Assembly (NCBI GenBank): GCA_038231435.1 | Contig: JBBRLJ010000024.1 | Span: 26,546-90,545, forward strand | Origin: Planctomycetota bacterium | Lineage (GTDB): Bacteria > Planctomycetota > UBA11346 | Length of the DNA: 64,000 nucleotides | Direction of reading: 5' to 3' | The notes under the pieces: generated by a model | The model's database searches: none | The model's input: the letters and a program-made list of their open reading frames with translations, nothing else | Told to the model about the DNA's origin: nothing | Program-made: the position numbers and the translations under genes | Shown: positions 30,527 to 39,489 of the stretch, piece after piece | How the letters are laid out: each line of letters begins with the position of its first letter | Numbering within the stretch: the stretch's first letter is position 1

Positions 30527-31638
30527 TGAAAGCCGAGCCGCTGCGCCTGTGCGTGGTCTCGACCAGCCGCAGTGATCTGGGCCTGCTACTGCCGGTGGTG
30601 CGGGCGGCCAGCGCTGATCCGCGCTTCACGGCGCGCTTGGTGGTCACCGGCACGCATCTCGCCGAGGGCACTCCCGACCCGGCCGAGCTTGCCGGCGTGG
30701 CCTCCACCCGGCTACCGCGGCCCGCGGATTCGCTCGGCCTCGTGCATCAGCAGGCGTTGCTGACATCGCTCGTGGACACCAAGACCGAGGCCGTGCTGCT
30801 GCTGGGCGATCGGTTGGAGCTGCTCGAGGCGTTGCTGCCGCTGGTGCGCGCCCGCGTCGCCATCGCGCACTGCTCGGGCGGAGAGACCACCGCGGGCGCC
30901 TGGGACGACCTGGTGCGCGACGCGGTCACCCGCCTCGCGCACCTGCACTATCCCGCGCACGAGCATGCGGGTGCATCGCTGCGCGCGCGTGGCGAGCAGG
31001 CGTGGCGGATCGCGGTGGTCGGAGAGCCGGGCCTGGACGCGATCCGCACCGAGCCACGGATGTCCCCCGAGGCCCTGGCTGGGATCTGCGGCCGCGTCCC
31101 AACCCGCGACGATCTGCTGGTGGCGGTGCATCCGGTGACCGGGGTTCCGGGCGAGCTCGAGACCATCCTCGAGGCGGTATCCGGATTAGCGGAGACGTGG
31201 CCAGGCGCACTGTTCCTGTCGTCTCCGAACGGCGATCCGGGCAGTGACGACATCCGCGCCGCGTGGACGGCGCTCGCTCGCGCGCATTCGCGCGTGGTTG
31301 TGCTGGGCAACCACGGCGCCGCGTTCTTCCGTTCGCTGACCGCCGCCTGCGCGGTGGTGGTGGGCAACAGCAGCAGCGGTCTGGTCGAAGCGCCATCCTT
31401 GGGTACGCCTACCGTGGACGTCGGTTCGCGGCAGGGAGGGCGCCTGCGTGGTCCGAGCGTGGTGGACTGTCCGGCCGCGAGCGCCGTGGCGTTGTTGGCT
31501 GCCACGCGCACGGCGATCGCCAAGCGTACGCTCGCCAGCATGGACACGAATCCGTATGGCGACGGCCGGGCGGTTCCCCGTTTGCTGGACCACCTCTGGG
31601 CCACCGCGCGACGTGCCGACGTGTTGATCAAGCCATGA
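30526..31638 (+). CDS. neuC: NeuC-like 2-epimerase, copy 2
   Basis: LLGDRLE, HCSGGE, GNSSSGLVEAP, VGSRQGGR, NPYGDG. Confidence 0.82.
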   Translation: MKAEPLRLCVVSTSRSDLGLLLPVVRAASADPRFTARLVVTGTHLAEGTPDPAELAGVASTRLPRPADSLGLVHQQALLTSLVDTKTEAVLLLGDRLELLEALLPLVRARVAIAHCSGGETTAGAWDDLVRDAVTRLAHLHYPAHEHAGASLRARGEQAWRIAVVGEPGLDAIRTEPRMSPEALAGICGRVPTRDDLLVAVHPVTGVPGELETILEAVSGLAETWPGALFLSSPNGDPGSDDIRAAWTALARAHSRVVVLGNHGAAFFRSLTAACAVVVGNSSSGLVEAPSLGTPTVDVGSRQGGRLRGPSVVDCPAASAVALLAATRTAIAKRTLASMDTNPYGDGRAVPRLLDHLWATARRADVLIKP

Positions 31639-32738
31639 ACGATCTGATCGGCGGTAATCCCCCGGTGGCCGAGGCCTGGTTCGAGCCCGCGTCAGGAGAA
31701 GGCGCGGTGACCTGGCTTGCCAGCGGACGCGATGGCTATCTGCTCGCGGTGCTCGCCTCGGGCATCCGAGATTGGCTGGTGCCAGACCCGATCTGTCCGG
31801 TGGTCATCGAGGTGCTGCGCGCGGCGGGCTGCGCCGTGCGCGCCTACCGGCATGGCGGATTGGCGGATCACAACCGCAATGGCGCGGCCGTGGCGCTGGC
31901 CTGGGATGTCGCCGCCAGACCGCACGAGGCGGACATCGCCGCTGCGTCCGCCGCCGCGCTGGTGCTCGAGGATCGCTGCCTGTGGGCGGGCTTGCCTGCC
32001 GATCTGACAGCCGAGCCAGCGCACGAGCCAGCGGCAGGTGGTGGTCGGCGATGGGTCGTGGGCTCCGCGCGCAAATGGCTCGGCACCGCCGAGGGCGGCT
32101 GGCTGGTGTCGCCACGTTCCCTTGGGCTGCCGCTCGATCCGCCGGACCGGCGCCATGCCGCGCTGCAGCTGGCCGCGGCGGCGGTGCGCGCCGCCAGGCG
32201 CGGTGGTGCCACTGCGTCCGATGCCACCGCTGCTGTGGCTGCTGGGTCCGACTCGAGTCCCGACCTCGAACGCGCGTCCCTCGCGCTGGTGCCGCTCGCC
32301 GAGGACGCGGTCGGAACTCCGCAGCGCCCGCGCGCGATGTCCCGGCTCGGCCGCGCGCTGCTCGGCCACGGCGCCGCCGAGGTCCGCGCCGAACGCGCCG
32401 CCACCACCGCCGCGCTCGCGGCTCGCCTCGGCGCGACCTGGACACCCGGGCCTGGCGCCAGCGCCCTGCGCCTCGCCTTCCCCACCGTCGAGTCGCGCGA
32501 TGCCTGCAGGCAGGCGCTGAAGACCTCCGGCGTGCTCGCGCCGATCCATTGGCCGGGTGCGGCGTGGTCGGGCGAGGCCTCGGCGCGCGCGGCGATGATG
32601 CGAACGCTGACTCTGCCGGTTGCGGTGGGTGATGCCGGTCGCGCGGCCTACGTGAAGCTGATGGCGACCGTGCTCGATGGTTTTCCTGGCGTCCAGCCGG
32701 TCGAACGGCCGGCGGAGCCACCGCTCGGTCGCGCATGA
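31635..32738 (+). CDS. Divergent DegT-like PLP-dependent protein
   Basis: ASGRDG, VPDPICPVV, LVLED, GSARKWLG (putative PLP Lys), PIHWP, TLTLPV. Confidence 0.55.
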   Translation: MNDLIGGNPPVAEAWFEPASGEGAVTWLASGRDGYLLAVLASGIRDWLVPDPICPVVIEVLRAAGCAVRAYRHGGLADHNRNGAAVALAWDVAARPHEADIAAASAAALVLEDRCLWAGLPADLTAEPAHEPAAGGGRRWVVGSARKWLGTAEGGWLVSPRSLGLPLDPPDRRHAALQLAAAAVRAARRGGATASDATAAVAAGSDSSPDLERASLALVPLAEDAVGTPQRPRAMSRLGRALLGHGAAEVRAERAATTAALAARLGATWTPGPGASALRLAFPTVESRDACRQALKTSGVLAPIHWPGAAWSGEASARAAMMRTLTLPVAVGDAGRAAYVKLMATVLDGFPGVQPVERPAEPPLGRA

Positions 32739-33754
32739 GCACGGTGACGGTGATCCCATCGCGCGACGCGCAGGCGTGGCGCGCGGCACTGGGCGTCTTC
32801 CCGGACGCCGACGTCTACCACGATCCGTGTTTCGCTGGCGCGGCCGCGCCAGCAGACCTGTGGACGGTCGGCGACGGAGCCGATGCGCTGGCGGTGATCC
32901 TCGCGCGTCAAGCGTTGCCGGAATGGCTGGACGAGGCCGGCGGCGATGCCGAGACCCCCAACGGATACGCGGCGCCGTTGGCCATCGGCGCGGGCGAGCG
33001 GCTCTGGCCGGCGCTGGCGGCGGCGCTGGCCCAGGCCGGCGTGGTGAACGCCTTCCTTCGCCTGCATCCGTTCCTGCCGCATCGCGTGGATCCGGCCTGG
33101 TACCTGGGCGCGCCGCATCCGACGGCGTGGATCCCGCTCGAAGCGGGCCTATCCGGAGCGTTCGCTGGCGGCCGCTGCTCGACGCATCGCTCGCAGGTGT
33201 CGCGCGCGGAACGCCTCGGACATGCGGTGCGCCTGACGCTCGCGCCAACCGCGGCCCGGCTGGACGGCTTCCGCTCCCTGTACGATCTGACCATGCAACG
33301 CCTGGGTGCCTCGACCGGTTATCGTTTCGAGGATGGATATTTCCATGCCCTCGTCGGCCTCGGCGATCGGCTCGCGCTCGTTGAGGTGACGGATGCGGCG
33401 GGCGTCCTGGTGAATGCGGCGCTGTTCATGCGCGGAGCGGCCTGGTGCCACTACCATCTCAGCGCGCGCGGCGAACAGGCGCACAACAGCTCGGGCCATC
33501 TCCTGTTCACCGCCGCGGCCGCGTGGGCGGCCGAGCACGGTTGCCGGGGCATCCATCTCGGCGGCGGCACCAGCGCCGAGCCGACGGATCCGCTGCTCGT
33601 CTACAAGCGGCGCATCGGCCGCGGCGATGCGGAATTCCGCACCGCCGGCGTCGTCGTGGACGCCGAGCGCCATCAGCGCCTTCGGGCAGAATGGTCGCAG
33701 CGCAGCCGTCGGCCGGGACGCTGGTTCCAGGCCTACCGCGAACCGCTGGCATGA
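32735..33754 (+). CDS. FemAB-like GNAT (acyl/aminoacyl transferase)
   Basis: DVYH, TPNGY, FLRLHP, LYDLTM, HYHLSA, HLGGG, LLVYK. Confidence 0.7.
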   Translation: MSTVTVIPSRDAQAWRAALGVFPDADVYHDPCFAGAAAPADLWTVGDGADALAVILARQALPEWLDEAGGDAETPNGYAAPLAIGAGERLWPALAAALAQAGVVNAFLRLHPFLPHRVDPAWYLGAPHPTAWIPLEAGLSGAFAGGRCSTHRSQVSRAERLGHAVRLTLAPTAARLDGFRSLYDLTMQRLGASTGYRFEDGYFHALVGLGDRLALVEVTDAAGVLVNAALFMRGAAWCHYHLSARGEQAHNSSGHLLFTAAAAWAAEHGCRGIHLGGGTSAEPTDPLLVYKRRIGRGDAEFRTAGVVVDAERHQRLRAEWSQRSRRPGRWFQAYREPLA

Positions 33755-33900
33755 TTCGGGCCGGCATGACGGGAAATGCGCGTTCCGCCATCGTGCCCGG
33801 GTCGCAGCATGCGCTCGACCGCGGCGGACACGTCCGCGGCAGCGAGGTGGCGGTGATGCATCGGCGTTCGATACCTGCGGCCTGGATGGTCACGCCATGA
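33751..33900 (+). CDS. Bridging mini-ORF, 49 aa (MIRAGMTGNARS...WMVTP)
   Basis: ATGA overlaps at both ends. Confidence 0.4.
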   Translation: MIRAGMTGNARSAIVPGSQHALDRGGHVRGSEVAVMHRRSIPAAWMVTP

Positions 33901-34805
33901 GATGCCTGGTCGTGGGCTTCGGATCCATCGGCCGCCGCCATGCTCGCCTCATCCGGGATGCTGGCCACGAGGTCGAGATCGTGTCGCGCCAGAGCGACAG
34001 CGGATTCCGCCGGCACATCGGCATCGCCGAGGCGTTGACGACGCGCTTCGACTACGTGGTCATCGCCAATGCGACCGTGGACCACGCTCCCGCGCTCGAT
34101 GCGGTGGCGGCGAGCGGACACGCCGGCGTGGTGCTGGTCGAGAAGCCGATCTTCGCCCAGCCGCGCGCGCTCCCCATCCATCGCTTCGCCGCGCTGTGGG
34201 TCGGCTACAACCTGCGATTCCATCCCTGCGTGCAGTCGGTCCGCCGCGAGCTCGCCGGCCGCCGCGCCCATTCGGCGAGCGCGTACGTCGGGCAGTGGTT
34301 GCCGTCGTGGCGGCCCGACACCGATTACCGCGTGTCGTATTCGGCCGATGCGGCGCAGGGGGGCGGAGTGGCGCGTGACCTGAGCCACGAGATCGATCTG
34401 GCCGGTTGGCTGTTCGGGCCCTGGCGCAGGCTCGCAGCGCTCGGAGGGCGGTTCTCGGCGCTCGAGATCCGCAGCGACGATACGCTCTCGATGCTCGCCG
34501 AATGCCAGCGCTGCCCTGCGGTGCAGATCCATCTGGATTACCTCGATCGTCGCGGCCGGCGGCACTTGACCGTCAACCACGACGGCGGCACCATCCACGC
34601 CGATCTCGTCGCCGGCACGGTGGACGGAGCTCGCAAGGAGCGCCACGCCGTGCATCGCGACGACACCTACAAGGCGATGCACCGTGCGGTCCTCGAGGGC
34701 GTTGGCGCCTCGTCGCTGTGTTCGGCCGACGAGGCGATGGCGACCCTGCGCGTGGTGATGGCTGCTGAAACATCCGTGAACGAAAGGACCTGGCGATGGC
34801 TGTGA
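33897..34805 (+). CDS. Gfo/Idh/MocA oxidoreductase (PtmF-like)
   Basis: GFGSIGRRH, VEKP, GYNLRFHP, WRPDTDYRVSYSA, DLSHEID. Confidence 0.85.
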   Translation: MRCLVVGFGSIGRRHARLIRDAGHEVEIVSRQSDSGFRRHIGIAEALTTRFDYVVIANATVDHAPALDAVAASGHAGVVLVEKPIFAQPRALPIHRFAALWVGYNLRFHPCVQSVRRELAGRRAHSASAYVGQWLPSWRPDTDYRVSYSADAAQGGGVARDLSHEIDLAGWLFGPWRRLAALGGRFSALEIRSDDTLSMLAECQRCPAVQIHLDYLDRRGRRHLTVNHDGGTIHADLVAGTVDGARKERHAVHRDDTYKAMHRAVLEGVGASSLCSADEAMATLRVVMAAETSVNERTWRWL

Positions 34806-35500
34806 GCCGAATCTGCACGATCTGCGCGCGTGGCGGCTCGAAGGGGCTGAAGAACAAGAACGTCATGCCCTTGAAGGGCAGGCCCCTGATCGCCCACTCG
34901 GTCATCCAGGCGCTGGCCACCAAGCTCTTCGACGTCATCGCCGTCAGCAGCGATTCGCCCGAGATCCTCGCGGCCGCCCAGGCCGCCGGGGCCCAGCTGC
35001 TGATCAAGCGCCCCGACGAGATGGCCACCGACACCGCGGCGAAGGTCCCGGCCATCAAGCACTGCCTGCTCGAGAGCGAACGTCTGACCAAGCGCACCTT
35101 CGACGTGCTGGTCGATCTCGACGCGACCTCGCCGCTGCGCACGCCCCAGGATGTCATCGACGTGGTCGAGATGCTCGAGGCGGGCGACGCGTCGAACGTC
35201 ATCACCGCCTGTCCGGCCCGGCGCTCACCGTACTTCAATCTCGTCGAGGTCGGCGCCGACAACGTGGTCAGGTTGTCCAAGCCGCCCGCGTCGGCGATCG
35301 TGCGCCGCCAGGATTCGCCCGATTGCTACGACATGAACGCCTCGATCTACGCGTGGTGGCGCCAGATCCTGATCGACGAGCCCCGTGTGTTCCTCGACAA
35401 GACCAGGCTGCACGTCATGCCCCGCGAGCGCTCGATCGACATCGACGACGACGTGGATTTCCTGGTGGTCGAGACGCTCATGACCAAGGCGATGGCATGA
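34796..35500 (+). CDS. neuA: CMP-nonulosonate synthetase (NeuA/LegF/PtmB)
   Basis: ARGGSKGLKNKN, VSSD, LDATSPLR, RRQD, SIDIDD. Confidence 0.92.
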   Translation: MAVSRICTICARGGSKGLKNKNVMPLKGRPLIAHSVIQALATKLFDVIAVSSDSPEILAAAQAAGAQLLIKRPDEMATDTAAKVPAIKHCLLESERLTKRTFDVLVDLDATSPLRTPQDVIDVVEMLEAGDASNVITACPARRSPYFNLVEVGADNVVRLSKPPASAIVRRQDSPDCYDMNASIYAWWRQILIDEPRVFLDKTRLHVMPRERSIDIDDDVDFLVVETLMTKAMA

Positions 35501-36318
35501 CCTCGTACCGCGCGCTGTTCGATCTCTCGGGCAAGGTTGCCATCGTCACCGGCGGCGCCGGCATCCTGGGTACCCGTTTCTGCACCGGTCTCGCCGAATT
35601 CGGCGCCGACGTGGTGGTGGCGGACATCGACGCGGGCAAGGGCGCCGAGCTGGCCGCGCGGCTCGCCAGCGCGCACCAGGTGCGCGCGGCGTTCGTCCCG
35701 TGCGACGTGGCGGACCCGGCCTCGGTGAGCGAGATGGTGAAGCGCGTGGTCACCGATTTCGGCGGCATCCACGTCCTGCACAACAACGCTGGCGGCAAGT
35801 CGAAGGATCTCGAGAAGTACTTCGCGCCGATCGAGTCCTACTCGCTCGAGCAGTGGCGCGAGAGCATGGCGGTGAATCTCGACGGCATGTTCCTGGTCGC
35901 GAAGGAAGTCGGCGGTCAGATGATCCGGCAGGGCGGCGGCGGCTCGATCGTGCAGACCGCGTCGATCTACGGCGTGGTCGCGCCAGACCAGCGCATCTAT
36001 GAGGGCTCGAGCTACCTCGGACGCGCCATCAACACGCCAGCGGTCTATTCCACCTCGAAGGCCGGCGTCGTGGGTCTGACCCGCCACCTGGCGACGGCCT
36101 GGGCCCACCACCGCATCCGCGTCAACACGCTTACCCCGGGTGGCGTCCAGAGCGGCCAGAACGAGGAGTTCAAGCGCCGCTACTCGGCGCGCATCCCGCT
36201 CGGGCGCATGGCCGAGGGAGAGGAGATGGTCGGCGCGCTGGTATACCTGGCGAGCGACGCCTCGAGCTATGTCACCGGCCACAACCTGATGGTCGATGGA
36301 GGGCTGAGCGCGTGGTGA
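35497..36318 (+). CDS. SDR oxidoreductase (PtmA-like)
   Basis: TGGAGILG, ASIYGVVAP, YSTSK, IRVNTLTPGG, VDGG. Confidence 0.88.
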   Translation: MTSYRALFDLSGKVAIVTGGAGILGTRFCTGLAEFGADVVVADIDAGKGAELAARLASAHQVRAAFVPCDVADPASVSEMVKRVVTDFGGIHVLHNNAGGKSKDLEKYFAPIESYSLEQWRESMAVNLDGMFLVAKEVGGQMIRQGGGGSIVQTASIYGVVAPDQRIYEGSSYLGRAINTPAVYSTSKAGVVGLTRHLATAWAHHRIRVNTLTPGGVQSGQNEEFKRRYSARIPLGRMAEGEEMVGALVYLASDASSYVTGHNLMVDGGLSAW

Positions 36319-36380
36319 AGCGCGGCGAAGCGTCTCCAGCCGGCCACCAGTGCCTTCGGACTCCGTCCACGAACGCATGA
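36315..36380 (+). CDS. Bridging mini-ORF, 21 aa (MKRGEASPAGHQCLRTPSTNA)
   Basis: GTGA overlap upstream, ATGA overlap downstream. Confidence 0.4.
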   Translation: MKRGEASPAGHQCLRTPSTNA

Positions 36381-38281
36381 CCGCCAGCGGTCCCATCATT
36401 CCAGCGAATCCCTCGGCGCCGCGGCGCTCCTGGTTCGACCGCCGCCAGATCGTCCAGGCCGCCTGGATGCTGATGGATGCGCTGATGATGGTCGCGGCTA
36501 TGGCCACCACCTCGGCGCTGATGGGCCGCGAGCCGCCGTCGGAGTACCTGTCGATCCTCGCGCTGATCATCGCGGCGCGCGCACTGGCGTTCTATTGGCT
36601 GGGCCTCTACCACTCGGTGCTGCGCTACTCCGGCATCCATACCGTGCTGGTGACCGTCGCCGGCATCGGCATCGGCTCGGCGGTCGGCATCACGGTGTCG
36701 ATCTTCAGCGACATCCACACACCGGTGGTCGCCCAGCTCGGCCGCGTGTTCATGGTCATGGAGGGCCTGCTCAGCCTGGTGGCGTGCGGTGGCTCGCGTC
36801 TGTTGGTGCGCATGGTGTTCGAACGCCAGGGCGGCGGCGATGCCCAGCGCGTGCTGATCTATGGCGCCGGCTCCTTCGGCGAGCTGGTGCTGCGCGACCT
36901 GCGCCGCCTCGGCGGCTATACGCCGATCGGCTTCCTCGACGACGACGCGAAGAAGCGCGGTACCCTCATCCATGGCCGGCGCGTTTTCGGAGGCCTGGCC
37001 GAACTCAACGCCATCGTCGAGCGCCGCCACCCGGACCTGGTGATCATCGCCATCAGCGACCTACAGCCGGCGACCGCGCGCACGCTCTTTCAGGCGTGCA
37101 TGGCGCGCAAGGTGCGCGTGCTGGTGATGGGCGGCGTGGGTTCCGCGCTCGGCACCCAGGGCGGCATCAACCTGCGCGAGTTGGCCCTCGAGGACCTGCT
37201 CAGCCGTCCGTCGCGATCGCTCGACGCCTCGCCGGTGATGCGCATGCTGAAGGGCCGGTCGGTGCTGGTCACCGGCGCGGGCGGCTCCATCGGCTCGGAG
37301 CTGTGCCGGCAGATCGCCGGGATGGAAGTCTCGAAGCTGGTCATCGTCGACCATGGCGAGCTCAACCTCTACACCATCGACAGCGCGTTGCGCGACCGCT
37401 TCCCGAACCTGACGGTGGTGCCGGTGCTGTGCAACCTCCAGCACCGCCCGACCCTCGACCAGCTGTTCGCGGCGCACCGTCCCGAAGTGGTCTTCCACGC
37501 CGCGGCCTACAAGCACGTGCCGCTGGTCGAGGAGAATCCGTTCCTCGGTTTCGAGAACAACGTGGGCGGTTTCCGCAACCTGCTCGAGGCCGCGGACGCC
37601 GCGGGGGTCGAGCGCCTGGTGCTGATCTCGAGCGACAAGGCGGTGCGCCCGACCAACGTCATGGGCGCGTCCAAGCGCGCGTGCGAGCTGCTGCTGCAGA
37701 ACTACCCGACTCGCGCGACCAAGCTCTGCGCGGTGCGCTTCGGCAACGTGCTCGGCTCGTCAGGCAGCGTGGTGCCGCGATTCCTCGACCAGATCTCCAG
37801 GGGTGGCCCGGTCACCGTCACCCACCCTGACATGACCCGCTACTTCATGCTCATTTCCGAGGCGGTCGCGTTGGTGCTCCAAGCCGGAGCGATGGCCGAA
37901 CAGGGCGAGATCTTCATCCTCGACATGGGCGAGCCGGTGAAGATCGCCGACATGGCGCGCCAGCTCATCTTCATGTCAGGCAGGCGCCCGGATGAGGACA
38001 TCCGCATTGTTTTCAGCGGCCTGCGGCCGGGCGAGAAGCTGTTCGAGGAGCTGTGGATCCAGGATTCGGAGCGTGGTACGGCCATCGATGGGATCAGCGT
38101 GTCGAAGGTGATCAGGGTTCCGTACGATGAGCTCAAGGGGCGGGTGGAGCGCGTGCTGATCGCCTGTTCCACGCGCGACCGCGATCGATTTACAGCAGGG
38201 CTGTGCGAATTGGTACCGGAGTGGTCGCCCAGCGGTGGGTTGTCCAGTCGGGTGGCCGTGACTACTATTGGATCGGTCTGA
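36377..38281 (+). CDS. Membrane UDP-GlcNAc 4,6-dehydratase (PglF/WbpM/CapD)
   Basis: N-terminal TM helices, GFLDDD, TGAGGSIG, HAAAYKHVP, DKAVRP, RFGNVLGSSGSV, GLRPGEKL. Confidence 0.93.
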   Translation: MTASGPIIPANPSAPRRSWFDRRQIVQAAWMLMDALMMVAAMATTSALMGREPPSEYLSILALIIAARALAFYWLGLYHSVLRYSGIHTVLVTVAGIGIGSAVGITVSIFSDIHTPVVAQLGRVFMVMEGLLSLVACGGSRLLVRMVFERQGGGDAQRVLIYGAGSFGELVLRDLRRLGGYTPIGFLDDDAKKRGTLIHGRRVFGGLAELNAIVERRHPDLVIIAISDLQPATARTLFQACMARKVRVLVMGGVGSALGTQGGINLRELALEDLLSRPSRSLDASPVMRMLKGRSVLVTGAGGSIGSELCRQIAGMEVSKLVIVDHGELNLYTIDSALRDRFPNLTVVPVLCNLQHRPTLDQLFAAHRPEVVFHAAAYKHVPLVEENPFLGFENNVGGFRNLLEAADAAGVERLVLISSDKAVRPTNVMGASKRACELLLQNYPTRATKLCAVRFGNVLGSSGSVVPRFLDQISRGGPVTVTHPDMTRYFMLISEAVALVLQAGAMAEQGEIFILDMGEPVKIADMARQLIFMSGRRPDEDIRIVFSGLRPGEKLFEELWIQDSERGTAIDGISVSKVIRVPYDELKGRVERVLIACSTRDRDRFTAGLCELVPEWSPSGGLSSRVAVTTIGSV

Positions 38282-38284
38282 GTC

Positions 38285-38362
38285 GTGCACGGTAGGGAAA
38301 CATCGATCGGAACGGTCGCATGCGCGGGACTGTCCAGGATCGCGATCGTTGGTGTGCGATGA
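38285..38362 (+). CDS. Bridging mini-ORF, 25 aa (MHGRETSIGTVACAGLSRIAIVGVR)
   Basis: GTG 3 nt after the upstream stop; ATGA overlap downstream. Confidence 0.35.
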   Translation: MHGRETSIGTVACAGLSRIAIVGVR

Positions 38363-39489
38363 GCGCCGATCTTCTCGTTGGAGCCAGGGTGGCGATCGTT
38401 CACGAGTGGCTGGTGAACATCGCGGGGTCGGAGCGGGTGGTGGCCGAGCTGCTGGGCATGTTTCCCGGCGCTGACCTCCATGCGGTCGTGGACCATCTCG
38501 ATTTCGAGGACCGTGCGGTCATGGGCAATCGGCACGCGCGGACCACATTCATCCAGAAGATGCCGTTCTCGCGTCGGCTATATCGGCACTACCTGCCATT
38601 GATGCCGTTGGCAATCGAGCAGCTGGATATGTCGGCGTATGACGTGGTGATATCGAGTTCGCATGCGGTGGCCAAAGGTGTGATCACCGGGCCCGGGCAG
38701 ATGCACGTCTGCTACTGCCATACTCCCATGCGTTATGTCTGGGATCTCCATCATCAGTACCGGCAGGGTCCGCTGACCCGCGTGCTGATGCATTACTTTC
38801 GGCTGTGGGATCAGCGCACAGGTAATGGAGTCGACCACTTCGTCGCCAATTCTCGTTACATCGCGGGACGCATTCAGAAGGTCTATGGTCGTTCCTCCGT
38901 GGTGATCCACCCACCGGTGGACGTCGAGGCCTTCGCCGAGGGATCAGAGAGGCGCGACCACTACGTATGCCTGTCGCGGCTCGTACCGTACAAACGCGTC
39001 GACCTGGTGGTCGAGGCGTTCCGCTCTCTCCCGGATCGCAAGCTGGTGGTCGTCGGGGACGGTCCCGAGCTCGCGGTGATCCGGCGCAAAGCGGCAGCCA
39101 ATATCGAAATCATGGGGTACCAGCCGCGAACCCGCGTCGTTGAACTCGTGGCCGGCGCCCGTGCCTTCGTCATGGCGACTGAGGAGGACTTCGGTATCGC
39201 TCCGGTCGAGGCCCAGGCCAGTGGCACCCCGGTCATCGCCTTCGGCCGGGGGGGTGTCCTCGATTCGGTGATCGATGGAGAAACGGGAGTACTGTTCGCG
39301 GAGCAGTCGGTGTCGTCCCTGGTCAGTGCCGTGCAGCGGTTCGAAGGGCTTGAGAAACGATTGAGCGCCGAGAGATGCAGTCAGAATGCAAGCCGCTTCT
39401 CCAGGGCCACTTTCCGCGATCAGATGGGACGATTCCTCGATGAACGATGGACGGATTTCCGCCGGAACGGTCCACCGAAGCGCGCTTAA
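38359..39489 (+). CDS. GT4 glycosyltransferase (WbaZ-like)
   Basis: HEWLVNIAGSERV, YCHTPMRY, RLVPYK, EEDFGIAPVEAQA. Confidence 0.9.
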   Translation: MSADLLVGARVAIVHEWLVNIAGSERVVAELLGMFPGADLHAVVDHLDFEDRAVMGNRHARTTFIQKMPFSRRLYRHYLPLMPLAIEQLDMSAYDVVISSSHAVAKGVITGPGQMHVCYCHTPMRYVWDLHHQYRQGPLTRVLMHYFRLWDQRTGNGVDHFVANSRYIAGRIQKVYGRSSVVIHPPVDVEAFAEGSERRDHYVCLSRLVPYKRVDLVVEAFRSLPDRKLVVVGDGPELAVIRRKAAANIEIMGYQPRTRVVELVAGARAFVMATEEDFGIAPVEAQASGTPVIAFGRGGVLDSVIDGETGVLFAEQSVSSLVSAVQRFEGLEKRLSAERCSQNASRFSRATFRDQMGRFLDERWTDFRRNGPPKRA

